Positions 8,340 to 17,595 of a stretch of DNA of 58,660 nt are shown in pieces. The notes under the pieces were generated by a model, which did no database searches, was not told the origin of the DNA, and worked only from the letters and a program-made list of their open reading frames with translations. Positions within the stretch are counted from its first letter, which is position 1, and every line of letters begins with the position of its first letter. This stretch comes from an uncultured Candidatus Poseidoniales archaeon. GTDB lineage: Archaea > Thermoplasmatota > Poseidoniia > Poseidoniales > Poseidoniaceae. A program made the position numbers and the translations under genes. The stretch is taken from the NCBI GenBank assembly GCA_964014545.1, contig CAXGZX010000004.1, forward strand, positions 1 to 58,660, written 5' to 3'.

Positions 8340-9503
8340 ATGAGACTAGGTGTGCCAAAAGAACCTGATAATGAAACCCGTGTTGCGATAGTACCTTCAA
8401 GCATGAAAAAATTGACAAAAGCCGGCTTTGAGGTTTACGTTGAACAAGGTGCTGGTGTTAGAGCAAATTACAACGATAGCCAGTATGAAGATGCTGGAGC
8501 AAAGATTGTATCGAGAAAAGAGGCTTTATCATGCCCAAATATAATTTGCATAAACTTTCCAGGAACTGATGGTATTTCAGAAAAGTCCAATGTTGCTTGT
8601 GTAGCCGATCCGTTTAGAAATCCCGAAGATGTCAAACAATGCCTAAGTGCTAATATCACTTTAATGTCAATGGATATGATTCCGCGAAGATTATCACGAG
8701 CTCAATCTATGGACGTAAATTCTAGTCAAGACAATCTAGCAGGTTACAAGGCTGTTTTATTAGGTGCATCCAATGTACCAAAAGGAATCCCAATGATGAC
8801 TACATCGGCTGGTACAGTTAGACCTGCAAAAGTTGTAGTAATGGGTAGTGGCGTTGCTGGATTACAAGCCATTGCGACCGCTAAAAGGTTAGGTGCAGTA
8901 GTTTACGCTTCTGATGTAAGAAAATCTGCCGCAGAGCAAATAGAATCTGTCGGTGGTAGATTTATCGAAGTTGATGGAATGGATGACTTTGAAGATGAGT
9001 CGGGATACGCTAAGCCATTGACTCCTGAATTTATTCAGAAAGTTAACGAAACAGTGTGCGGAGTTGCCAAAGACGCCGATATCATCATTACTACTGCTAG
9101 AATTTTTGGAAGACCAGCCCCGATTACCGTGCCCAGCGACGCAGTAAAGACATTCAAATCTGGAGCTGTTATAGTTGACATGAATGCCGATGTTGGCGGG
9201 AATTGCCAAGATACAAAGGTCGGGGAAATTCACGTTACTGAAAATGGTGTAATAATTGTTGGAACATCCAACCTTCCAGGTACTATTGCCAATACAGCAA
9301 GTATGCTTTATTCAAATAATTTAACGACGTTTATTACTTCCTTGGCCAAAGAGGGAGAAATCGTGCTTGCTGATGATGATGACATATTATTTGGTGCACC
9401 AGAAGGATCTGACTTTTACGTCAACGGAATGGGTGGAGTACTAATTTGTATGAACGGAGAAATGCATCAAAAGCAAACCAGACTAATGGGGGTATTAGAA
9501 TGA
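8340..9503 (+). CDS. pntA: NAD(P) transhydrogenase subunit alpha, part 1 (dI)
   Basis: GVPKE...ETRVA, RAQSMDVNSSQ, GSGVAGLQA; ATG 8340. Confidence 0.95.
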   Translation: MRLGVPKEPDNETRVAIVPSSMKKLTKAGFEVYVEQGAGVRANYNDSQYEDAGAKIVSRKEALSCPNIICINFPGTDGISEKSNVACVADPFRNPEDVKQCLSANITLMSMDMIPRRLSRAQSMDVNSSQDNLAGYKAVLLGASNVPKGIPMMTTSAGTVRPAKVVVMGSGVAGLQAIATAKRLGAVVYASDVRKSAAEQIESVGGRFIEVDGMDDFEDESGYAKPLTPEFIQKVNETVCGVAKDADIIITTARIFGRPAPITVPSDAVKTFKSGAVIVDMNADVGGNCQDTKVGEIHVTENGVIIVGTSNLPGTIANTASMLYSNNLTTFITSLAKEGEIVLADDDDILFGAPEGSDFYVNGMGGVLICMNGEMHQKQTRLMGVLE

Positions 9504-9811
9504 CACCAGAATTACTAATTGGAAGCATAACACTATTTGTATTGTCGATTTTCTTAGGTTTCGAACTAATCACCAAAGTTCCAGCAACATTACATACTCC
9601 GTTAATGAGTGGCGCTAATGCCATTTCTGGAATCAGTATCGTAGGTGCTTTACTTGGGGCAAATGTCGCTTATGATGGTGGCAACACAGATTTATCAGGT
9701 ATTTTGGCATTCATCGCAGTAGTTCTTGCTATGATTAACGTAGTTGGCGGTTTTGCTGTCACTAATAGAATGCTGAATATGATTGCTGGCAAGAAAAATA
9801 GAGGTGCCTGA
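9500..9811 (+). CDS. pntA: NAD(P) transhydrogenase subunit alpha, part 2 (membrane)
   Basis: VPATLHTPLMSGANAISG and NVVGGFAVTNRML; ATGA overlap with the previous gene. Confidence 0.95.
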   Translation: MTPELLIGSITLFVLSIFLGFELITKVPATLHTPLMSGANAISGISIVGALLGANVAYDGGNTDLSGILAFIAVVLAMINVVGGFAVTNRMLNMIAGKKNRGA

Positions 9812-9812
9812 A

Positions 9813-11237
9813 ATGGAATTCAATGAATGGATAGACATCGGATATCTAATCGCTGCAGCACTCTTCATTTTTGGACTTAAGAAATTAGGCCATCCAAGAA
9901 CAGCACCAAGAGGCAATCAGCTTGGAGCCTTAGGTATGCTAGTTGCAGTATTAACTACAATATTAGACATGGAATTAGCAGACGACCCAGCAAACTGGAC
10001 ATTAATTATTGCTGGATTAGTAATTGGTTCGCTAATTGGCTACTGGATGGCTGTAAAAGTTGAGATGACTGGTATGCCAGAACTTGTTGCTTTGTTCAAC
10101 GGATTTGGCGGTGCAGCATCAGCACTAGTGGCATTGTCTGAGTCATGGAGGTACATAGAAGGAGCAAATCTTCCAAGTGGACTGGAACTAACAGTAACTG
10201 TTGTCGCTGCAGGATTATCAGCGTTGGTTGGCTGGATGACTCTGACTGGTTCCCTCTTGGCTATGTTCAAATTAAAAGGCGGCATAGAGGTATTTGGAAA
10301 ATGGATTAAGACTCCAACATGGGGTCCAAGTTGGTTGAATGTTGTCAAAGTTCTTTTAATGATAAGTGCATTTGGTTTAATCTACTACAATATTGACAAT
10401 CCTACTGACAAGAACGTCATCTTCGCACTAATTGCAGTTTCTTCGATACTAGGAATTTTACTCGTATTACCAATTGGTGGAGCAGATATGCCAGTGGTAG
10501 TTTCTCTGCTCAATTCATTATCAGGAATTGCAGCCGCATTTACTGGCTTCATTATCGGGAATTCAGTATTGATAGTTGCTGGTTCTCTGGTTGGTGCATC
10601 TGGACTAATTCTCACCTTCATAATGTGTAAGGCAATGAATAGAACATTGCCCGACGTATTATTCAAATCGTTTGGCGGAGGTGGCGAAAAAGCTTCTCTA
10701 ACTAGAACTAAAGTTGGCTCCGATGCAGATGAAGTTGCAATGATGCTAGATGGTGCTCAAAAAGTCATCATTGTCCCTGGATATGGTATGGCGGTATCTC
10801 AATGTCAACACCAAGTCAAGGAATTTGCTGATCTTATCTCTGAAAAGTACGATACTGAAGTCAGTTATGCGATTCACCCGGTTGCAGGTAGGATGCCAGG
10901 CCATATGAATGTCCTATTAGCCGAAGCCAATGTTCCATATGAACAATTGATTGAAATGGACGAGATTAATTCTGAATTCCCAGATTGCGATGTAGCATTA
11001 GTAATTGGCGCAAACGATACCACAAATCCTGCTGCAAGAACAGGTGAAGGACCACTTGCAGGTATGCCGATTATTGATGCTGACCAGGCAAGAACTGTAG
11101 TTATCATCAAGAGGTCTTTGTCAGTAGGCTATGCTGGGGTTGACAATGATCTGTTTTACATGGATAAAACCATGATGATGTTTGGTGATGGAAAGAAAAT
11201 GATGACTGCACTGAATAACGCAGTTAAAGAATCATGA
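9813..11237 (+). CDS. pntB: NAD(P) transhydrogenase subunit beta
   Basis: MPELVALFNGFGG, IGGADMPVV, PGYGMAV, IHPVAGRMPGHMNVLLAEA; GAGGTG SD before ATG 9813. Confidence 0.97.
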   Translation: MEFNEWIDIGYLIAAALFIFGLKKLGHPRTAPRGNQLGALGMLVAVLTTILDMELADDPANWTLIIAGLVIGSLIGYWMAVKVEMTGMPELVALFNGFGGAASALVALSESWRYIEGANLPSGLELTVTVVAAGLSALVGWMTLTGSLLAMFKLKGGIEVFGKWIKTPTWGPSWLNVVKVLLMISAFGLIYYNIDNPTDKNVIFALIAVSSILGILLVLPIGGADMPVVVSLLNSLSGIAAAFTGFIIGNSVLIVAGSLVGASGLILTFIMCKAMNRTLPDVLFKSFGGGGEKASLTRTKVGSDADEVAMMLDGAQKVIIVPGYGMAVSQCQHQVKEFADLISEKYDTEVSYAIHPVAGRMPGHMNVLLAEANVPYEQLIEMDEINSEFPDCDVALVIGANDTTNPAARTGEGPLAGMPIIDADQARTVVIIKRSLSVGYAGVDNDLFYMDKTMMMFGDGKKMMTALNNAVKES

Positions 11238-11307
11238 TGCTTGTTTTTGGATTTGATTTAAGGCAATGTTCAAAGGTATGCAATTTTTCCAAAAAGTAGG
11301 TGAGACG

Positions 11308-12261
11308 GTGATTAGGCTAAAACCAAGGACTGTGATTGCCATTTTGGCACTATTACTTATTGCTCCTGTTGTCGCTAATCCCAATGGCCCACCATGGTTA
11401 AATGGTGGTGACAGAGTTGTTGAAACAGGTTGTACATGTCACGGTGATGGTGCACCATCAACCGAAGTAGTAGTATCCATTTCTGGAGTTCCAAGATCAT
11501 ATTCCTTGGGAGCGACTTATGATTTTACCATCAGTTTGCAGCACGCAAGTAATGAGGATGGCGGCTACATGCTATGGGATTACAATAGCGGAACGTTAAC
11601 ACCAGGTGAAGGGAGTAAGACTGTTGATGATGAACCAGGAGCATTATCACAATCCGAAGTCGGCAATAATTGGGCAGTTAGCTGGACTGCTCCTACCGAA
11701 GATGTAGGAAGTGTCGCATTCCAGTTAGTTGGCAATGCGGTAAATGGAAATGGTCAATTTGATGGCGGAGATTTGTGGAATATACTATCTTTCTCCATTA
11801 GCGCCCCTGATTCCACCTACGAAGATGACGAGGCAAACCGTGACCTTAGAACAATAAGCGTTGGAGATTATGATTCATTATTTGTCGCAGTAGAGGACCC
11901 TGCTGCCTTAGAGGCTGAGCGACAAGAAGGTATTGCGGAGGATTTTTTCAACAATGGAAATTTGTTTTATTGGACTACTCTGGCAATAATTATCCTAGGT
12001 GCAGTTGTACAGGGTGAATTTTACGAACGCAAATTCGGTGGAGGACCGCCACACTTAGACATGAGTCTAGCCGTTCCTCAAGGCGTTAGAAGAGGGGTTT
12101 TGAGTATTGTTACAATCTTGTTATTTGCTTGGGCGTTAGACTCATCACAAGCATGGGGAGTAATAATGATAACAGGTATGCTGATGCTATGGGCTATTTT
12201 TGGCGTATATCGAACAGTAGTTCAGGCAAGAGCTCCAAAACAATATACAGATTTAATTTGA
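11308..12261 (+). CDS. secreted/membrane protein with Reeler (choice-of-anchor V)-like domain, CxCH motif and C-terminal TM helices
   Basis: Signal peptide, GCTCHG, W-x-x-x-WTAP...GNAVNGNG...GD-x-WN, three hydrophobic C-terminal segments; GGTGA-N4-GTG start at 11308. Confidence 0.7.
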   Translation: MIRLKPRTVIAILALLLIAPVVANPNGPPWLNGGDRVVETGCTCHGDGAPSTEVVVSISGVPRSYSLGATYDFTISLQHASNEDGGYMLWDYNSGTLTPGEGSKTVDDEPGALSQSEVGNNWAVSWTAPTEDVGSVAFQLVGNAVNGNGQFDGGDLWNILSFSISAPDSTYEDDEANRDLRTISVGDYDSLFVAVEDPAALEAERQEGIAEDFFNNGNLFYWTTLAIIILGAVVQGEFYERKFGGGPPHLDMSLAVPQGVRRGVLSIVTILLFAWALDSSQAWGVIMITGMLMLWAIFGVYRTVVQARAPKQYTDLI

Positions 12262-12271
12262 AGGTGATGTT

Positions 12272-13279
12272 CTGACAATCCATTTGGGTACAGACTCAAA
12301 TATTCGTCTTCAATCTCACACTGAAGAATTATTTGCTCGTACTGGATTACTTATTTTTGCATGGATAATAGTATCAATTCCTTGGCTGATAAATATTGAT
12401 TCTGTATTAGAATTTTTGATAATCAAATTAGATCCTTGTGAAGTTGAATGTCTGAATCTATACCAACCTGAGAAATGGTCGGAATTGAGATGGCTTGCTT
12501 CTGCAATACTAGGTTTTGCCACAATAATGCCATTAATGAGCCAACAATTTTGGTCATTTGCTAAACCTGGTTTGACTAGTAGTGAGCAAAAGTTGTTCAG
12601 AATAACCGTAATTTTAGCCCCATTAATATTCCTTGTAACATCATACTTGACATTATTCATTGCTTTGCCAAATCTATTTTCTCTTGGACATTCAATACAA
12701 TCTGATTATGGGTTCGTAGCCAAATATGACGTCATAAATTTAATCAGTTTTTCCACCGCAATAATATGGATGGAAATAATTGTAGTGTTTGCAACATCAG
12801 TAATGATTGCCTCTGGTTTAAGTGGAAATATGGATTCAAGTAACGCCAATTGGTGGCGTATTAGAGTTTATGGAATTGTCATAATGTTGACTCTACTATC
12901 GTTTTATGAAAGAACCACAAATGGACTCTTGATTGGTCTATCGAGCATTTTATTGATTGAATTATTGTCAAGACCTTGGACTATTAAAGCCCCAAGATAT
13001 CAGGTTGGAATGGAAGAAAAATTTGACTCACATGGTGAGATTGTGACTTATTTGCACGTTGTTTGTGGTTGCAAAGGCCATCAGGAATCAACTCTAAATT
13101 ATCCACATACAATAATAGAAAATGTATGTAGTCAACAAAATAAGCAGGATGATTTGCTGAGGATTTTGATGTTTAATCAGCCAGACAACATTCTGTTATA
13201 CAAATGTGAAAACCAACAGTTTGTCAATACTTTTCAATCGCAGATATCATCGACTAAATGTAAAATAATTACCAAATAA
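12272..13279 (+). CDS. tatC: divergent TatC-like protein with a Cys-containing C-terminal extension
   Basis: HTEELFAR (cf. HLxELRxR) and P-x-x-x-x-QFWSFAKPGL-x-x-x-E; about six hydrophobic segments; probable CTG start at 12272 (track TTG 12284). Confidence 0.65.
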   Translation: MTIHLGTDSNIRLQSHTEELFARTGLLIFAWIIVSIPWLINIDSVLEFLIIKLDPCEVECLNLYQPEKWSELRWLASAILGFATIMPLMSQQFWSFAKPGLTSSEQKLFRITVILAPLIFLVTSYLTLFIALPNLFSLGHSIQSDYGFVAKYDVINLISFSTAIIWMEIIVVFATSVMIASGLSGNMDSSNANWWRIRVYGIVIMLTLLSFYERTTNGLLIGLSSILLIELLSRPWTIKAPRYQVGMEEKFDSHGEIVTYLHVVCGCKGHQESTLNYPHTIIENVCSQQNKQDDLLRILMFNQPDNILLYKCENQQFVNTFQSQISSTKCKIITK

Positions 13280-13329
13280 CCTAACATAACTCCCAAGATT
13301 TGATACCATACAGACTCTTGCTATGGTTG

Positions 13330-15426
13330 ATGAAAGGCAAATGGTTGGGTATACCACTAATCATTTTACTACTTAGTGCATCACTCATTTCCTTTTTGAA
13401 CCAAGAGCAGGTTGAAGATTGGCTACAGAGCAATTCAATTACTATAGATCAAGATCAAATAGGGACGTTAATTATTCAAGAAAATGAAAAATGGCCAGTA
13501 ATAATAGTTAACTTCCAAGACCAAATTATGGACTCTAATTCCGCTTTAACCCAGACTGAACAATTATTAATTCCTCACTCAAAGAATTACTTTACCGAAT
13601 TATCAAATAATTTTGTCAACTTGTCTATTGACATACACCCAACGGTATTTACTGCTAATGGGGTGCTAGCTGATTATGGGGCCGATAATGGTGTGGAAAG
13701 AGATTCTTCAACCAGCGGCACTCACTTGCCGACAAACTTGGCTAGTGAGGTAATAAATTCCAATAAGAATGGATTAGATTGGAGTAAATACGATTTAAAC
13801 TCAGATGGGTATGTTGACAGATTACTGATATTACATACAACCGTTGGTCAAGAAGTCGGAGGTAACTCTGACAGAATCTGGAGCCATTTTACCACCCTGG
13901 ACGAAACTATAGAACTTGATGATGGATTAAAAATTGGACATTACACTATGGCGGGTTTAGGTTCAGGGACTGCGGGATTTGGTACAGCAATGCATGAAAT
14001 GTTGCACCAAATGGGCGCCTATGATTTGTATCCATCACATGGAGACCAAACTTCACTGTGGAAAGGCGTTGGTGATTGGGGAATAATGGCTAGTGGCAAT
14101 TGGAATGGCGGTGGTAGCACCCCTGCATTACCAATGTCATCGACTATGGAAACAATTGGATTGAATAATTATCAAACCGTGGAAATATCTTGGACCCAAA
14201 GTGATGGTTTTTGCCAAGGACCTGAATTAATTTTTGATATTAGTCAGAATTCAAATACAAACTATAAGATTATGATTAATGAAGATGAAAACGTTTGGAT
14301 TGAATACCGTGGGAATAATAACTATGATGACATTCTACCTAGTGATGGAATCTTAGTGTCATATCAAGATAATTCTGTAGATGGTTTCGACGATAATGAA
14401 TTAAATGTTGACAACCAGAGACCTTATCTAAAAATAATCGAAGCAGATGGCAATCAAGATTTATTACAAGGTATGAATGAAGGTGATGCTGGCGATGTTT
14501 TTACTAACGGTACCACATTTGGTAGTAAAGGGATAGAAATACGTAACCATGATGGTTTCTTGGTTGACTGGTACGCAGAAGTATCCATTGGAATCCAACC
14601 GGTGATACAAATAAAATCAGAATTTTGTGAGTCTAACCTAGTAGGAGATTTACCTGATCACTCTGTCACAATGCTGGTGAATGAATCTATTGAAATGACA
14701 CTCTTATCGACAATTGATTGCCAAATAAACAATCAATTACAATCTACTGATGGACGTTTAATTGCCATCTCTAGTAACGAACTATATGCTGGAATTGAGA
14801 AGAAATTAACAATATCATTTAATTCCGTAAGTAGCCCTAACACTTTGACCAAACTTACCGGCAAATTAGTGTGTGGAGAGGAGTTTTTAGATGTCGAAAC
14901 CCAAATTTTAACATTATCAAGAATACCAACCAGTGGGGAATACAAATCAAAAATACCTGCTAATACAAATTCAGCAATATTAATTCCAATTACCTCTATA
15001 GGCCAAGGTAGCCAAACTTTCGAGGTACATATTGATGGAGCATTAACAAGAATTGCTCAGTCAGCTAATACCGTAACTTTGAGCGGAAATGACGATGTGT
15101 TATCAATCGAAATAAACCCTAACGGCCTACTAACCAACAATATGCTAATCAATGGAAATGTCGAAATTATCGATGGTGCGGGAAATACATGGGTTATAGC
15201 AATACATTTGACAGCAGAAAGTGATGGATTGTCATCAATAAATGATTTTATAGGCCCGGGCCAAATGATTAGTCTGGCATTATTATTTGCTGCATTGTGG
15301 ATATTTCTAACCATGCGGGAGTCTACATCAAAATCTAGTAAATCAAATGGTGGGGAAGAGATTAATCTTATATCAAATACTGAAGAAATTCCATTAGACG
15401 CATGGGGAAGACCGTTAGACGATTAG
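13330..15426 (+). CDS. membrane-anchored M6-family (immune inhibitor A-like) metalloprotease
   Basis: YDLNSDGYVD, IWSH, HEMLHQMGAYDLY, W-x-IMASG-x-W, EADG; N- and C-terminal hydrophobic helices. Confidence 0.88.
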   Translation: MKGKWLGIPLIILLLSASLISFLNQEQVEDWLQSNSITIDQDQIGTLIIQENEKWPVIIVNFQDQIMDSNSALTQTEQLLIPHSKNYFTELSNNFVNLSIDIHPTVFTANGVLADYGADNGVERDSSTSGTHLPTNLASEVINSNKNGLDWSKYDLNSDGYVDRLLILHTTVGQEVGGNSDRIWSHFTTLDETIELDDGLKIGHYTMAGLGSGTAGFGTAMHEMLHQMGAYDLYPSHGDQTSLWKGVGDWGIMASGNWNGGGSTPALPMSSTMETIGLNNYQTVEISWTQSDGFCQGPELIFDISQNSNTNYKIMINEDENVWIEYRGNNNYDDILPSDGILVSYQDNSVDGFDDNELNVDNQRPYLKIIEADGNQDLLQGMNEGDAGDVFTNGTTFGSKGIEIRNHDGFLVDWYAEVSIGIQPVIQIKSEFCESNLVGDLPDHSVTMLVNESIEMTLLSTIDCQINNQLQSTDGRLIAISSNELYAGIEKKLTISFNSVSSPNTLTKLTGKLVCGEEFLDVETQILTLSRIPTSGEYKSKIPANTNSAILIPITSIGQGSQTFEVHIDGALTRIAQSANTVTLSGNDDVLSIEINPNGLLTNNMLINGNVEIIDGAGNTWVIAIHLTAESDGLSSINDFIGPGQMISLALLFAALWIFLTMRESTSKSSKSNGGEEINLISNTEEIPLDAWGRPLDD

Positions 15427-16514
15427 CTTCTACCGGGGAGCCATCGCTTGATATTCATGAATTTCCAGTCTTCATTTAGTGGAATTGCACACACCCATTT
15501 TTTGTGAACTCCTTCTGCAAGTCTAACAGATAAACAAATACCCTCCCATGATGAAGGTGCATCAGTTATTGGTTGAAGTAACCATGGAGCATGGGACTTA
15601 CCAACTTCATCATCATATACACGCCACTTACATCCGTATTTGAAACCCGGCCGGAGAATACATCCAGAATTGGCTAATTTATTGAATAATGAATTATTTA
15701 GGTTAGTACCAGATAAATGTGATTCAACCCAATCAATTTCCTCATTTCTAAGATTTATTCCTGATAAATGTTCTACACCAAATGATGGTAACGGCCAGTC
15801 TTTAGCTTCACTTAAAAAAACACCTGATGAAGATTTAGTTCGGTTAGATAACGATTTTTCAACATATGAAATTTCTTTCTCACTCAGTTGGTTCCACGTT
15901 TTTTGGTTACCTAAAAGTTGGTCATAACTTATTTGATACATTGTTATATCCATCTCATCATCAATGACAAAAACTTCCGCGATACAACCAGATTCCTCAA
16001 CATCAGCAACCCACTGGTTTAATGAATCCCAATCTACATCATGGAACGACCAAAACCAACGAATTTGGGAAACTGGATTTGTCGAGAAATGTGATTTATT
16101 TCTAGGCCATTTAACCGCAAAGGTGCCTTCACAATAATCATGTTTAGTGAAATTGGTGATTGGAATTATAATTTCGCCGCCCGAACGAGCAACGTCGAAT
16201 ATTACTGATTTAGCAATAAAGTCTGAATCAAACTCAAGTCTATTTTTCACCCAATCGTTGGTAACTGGAATATGTCGATTCCAATGACAAAATAATACTT
16301 CGATTGGATCAAGTGCAATTCCTTCATCTACCGTAACGCCGATACCACTCTTTTGATTGAGTCTGGCTCCTAGGGGATTAGGTAAAAACCATCGTGAACC
16401 CATCTCTTGGGGCATAGGATGAGGACTTGATGGAGATTGGTCGTCATCATCTACCAAACCAATTGGACGTTTTGTTCTAACTCGGGGATTGAACTTCCGA
16501 GATTGACGGGCCAT
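15423..16514 (-). CDS. endA: tRNA-splicing endonuclease (two-unit alpha2-type size)
   Basis: GFKYGCKWRVY...SHAPWL...VRLAEGVHKK contains the Tyr/His/Lys catalytic triad. Confidence 0.9.
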   Translation of the reverse strand: MARQSRKFNPRVRTKRPIGLVDDDDQSPSSPHPMPQEMGSRWFLPNPLGARLNQKSGIGVTVDEGIALDPIEVLFCHWNRHIPVTNDWVKNRLEFDSDFIAKSVIFDVARSGGEIIIPITNFTKHDYCEGTFAVKWPRNKSHFSTNPVSQIRWFWSFHDVDWDSLNQWVADVEESGCIAEVFVIDDEMDITMYQISYDQLLGNQKTWNQLSEKEISYVEKSLSNRTKSSSGVFLSEAKDWPLPSFGVEHLSGINLRNEEIDWVESHLSGTNLNNSLFNKLANSGCILRPGFKYGCKWRVYDDEVGKSHAPWLLQPITDAPSSWEGICLSVRLAEGVHKKWVCAIPLNEDWKFMNIKRWLPGRS

Positions 16515-16566
16515 AATACCCGGTCAATGGACTGGCATATTATACAAACGGAGTACCGCTGGTACT
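16502..16566. promoter_or_regulatory. divergent promoter region endA / wHTH operon with two inverted repeats and a TATA-like box
   Basis: ATTGACGGG..CCCGGTCAAT (16502-16527) brackets the endA start; AGTACC-GCT-GGTACT at 16552-16566; minus-strand GTATAATA at 16545-16538. Confidence 0.45.
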
Positions 16567-16602
16567 ATTTGCTTGTTGATGCAAGGGTTAAACGGTGAGG
16601 AA

Positions 16603-17562
16603 ATGGTTGATGGTTTTCTAGGCTCCCTCACAACAGAACAACGAATGCTGATTCACTTGTTTGACAATATATTACCAAGCAATCAATGGGAAGCACCTGT
16701 AGCGCTTACACAAGCAGGAATATCTGCTGCAGTACACGTGCAAAGAAAACACGTTCCTAGAACATTAAAGCGACTAGAGAAGGCTAATGAAATTGAAGTC
16801 ACTAATCGGCATGTTCCTGGAGGAAAGCAGCGAAGAAAGGTATATTCATTAACAACTCAAGGAAAAATTAGGGCTAAATTAGTTGTTGATAATGTTCTGT
16901 CTGTAATAATTGACTACAATGGTGATCCAACTGCAATTGGCGATATATCCAAGAATAATCGTCGAATTCTTGAAATTCTTGCACATATTGATAGTAATCT
17001 GGGATACCATAATGATCCTGTAATAACTTCAATCGCTAAGCCATCTGGGATAGCATCTCTAGATGCTCAGAGTAGCGAAGAATTGATGAAAAGAATGTTT
17101 GCTAGGGCATGGGAAGATGGTAAGATTACTAATGATGAACATCAATTAATAACTGAGGTGGTAGATTTTTTGGGAATGCACCCTGAGAGAGTTAGAAGGT
17201 TATCCGAGGATGCAAGAACTGCAATTGATATCCCGCCACCTGAGGATATTTACCTTGAGATGTTGAGACAAGCCCTAGTGGATGACCAAATTATTGAGGA
17301 GGAAGTTGCTCTATTAGATACCTTTAGAGTTGCTTTTGGGATCGATGAGAAAATGCATGCAAATTTACTCGAAAAAGCTGTACTTGAGCCGCTATATCCT
17401 GAACATATCCTAACCTACTATTCAGCTTTAGAAACTGCCATGGATGATGGTATTATCACTGGCGACGAAAATGCCATGCTAAATACACTAAGGGTTTCAT
17501 TAGATATTTCAGAAGGTGAACATGCCAATTTATTAGCCAAGATTCGCGACAGCATAAAGTGA
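16603..17562 (+). CDS. winged-helix protein with three C-terminal TerB-like (DG-x-I-x-x-x-E) repeats
   Basis: TQAGISAAVHVQRKHVPRTLKRL...RRKVYSLTTQG; repeats AWEDGKITNDE, ALVDDQIIEEE, AMDDGIITGDE; GGTGA-N4-ATG at 16603. Confidence 0.75.
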   Translation: MVDGFLGSLTTEQRMLIHLFDNILPSNQWEAPVALTQAGISAAVHVQRKHVPRTLKRLEKANEIEVTNRHVPGGKQRRKVYSLTTQGKIRAKLVVDNVLSVIIDYNGDPTAIGDISKNNRRILEILAHIDSNLGYHNDPVITSIAKPSGIASLDAQSSEELMKRMFARAWEDGKITNDEHQLITEVVDFLGMHPERVRRLSEDARTAIDIPPPEDIYLEMLRQALVDDQIIEEEVALLDTFRVAFGIDEKMHANLLEKAVLEPLYPEHILTYYSALETAMDDGIITGDENAMLNTLRVSLDISEGEHANLLAKIRDSIK

Positions 17563-17595
17563 AGATAGAATTTGCGTAACATTGAGGGGACAACT

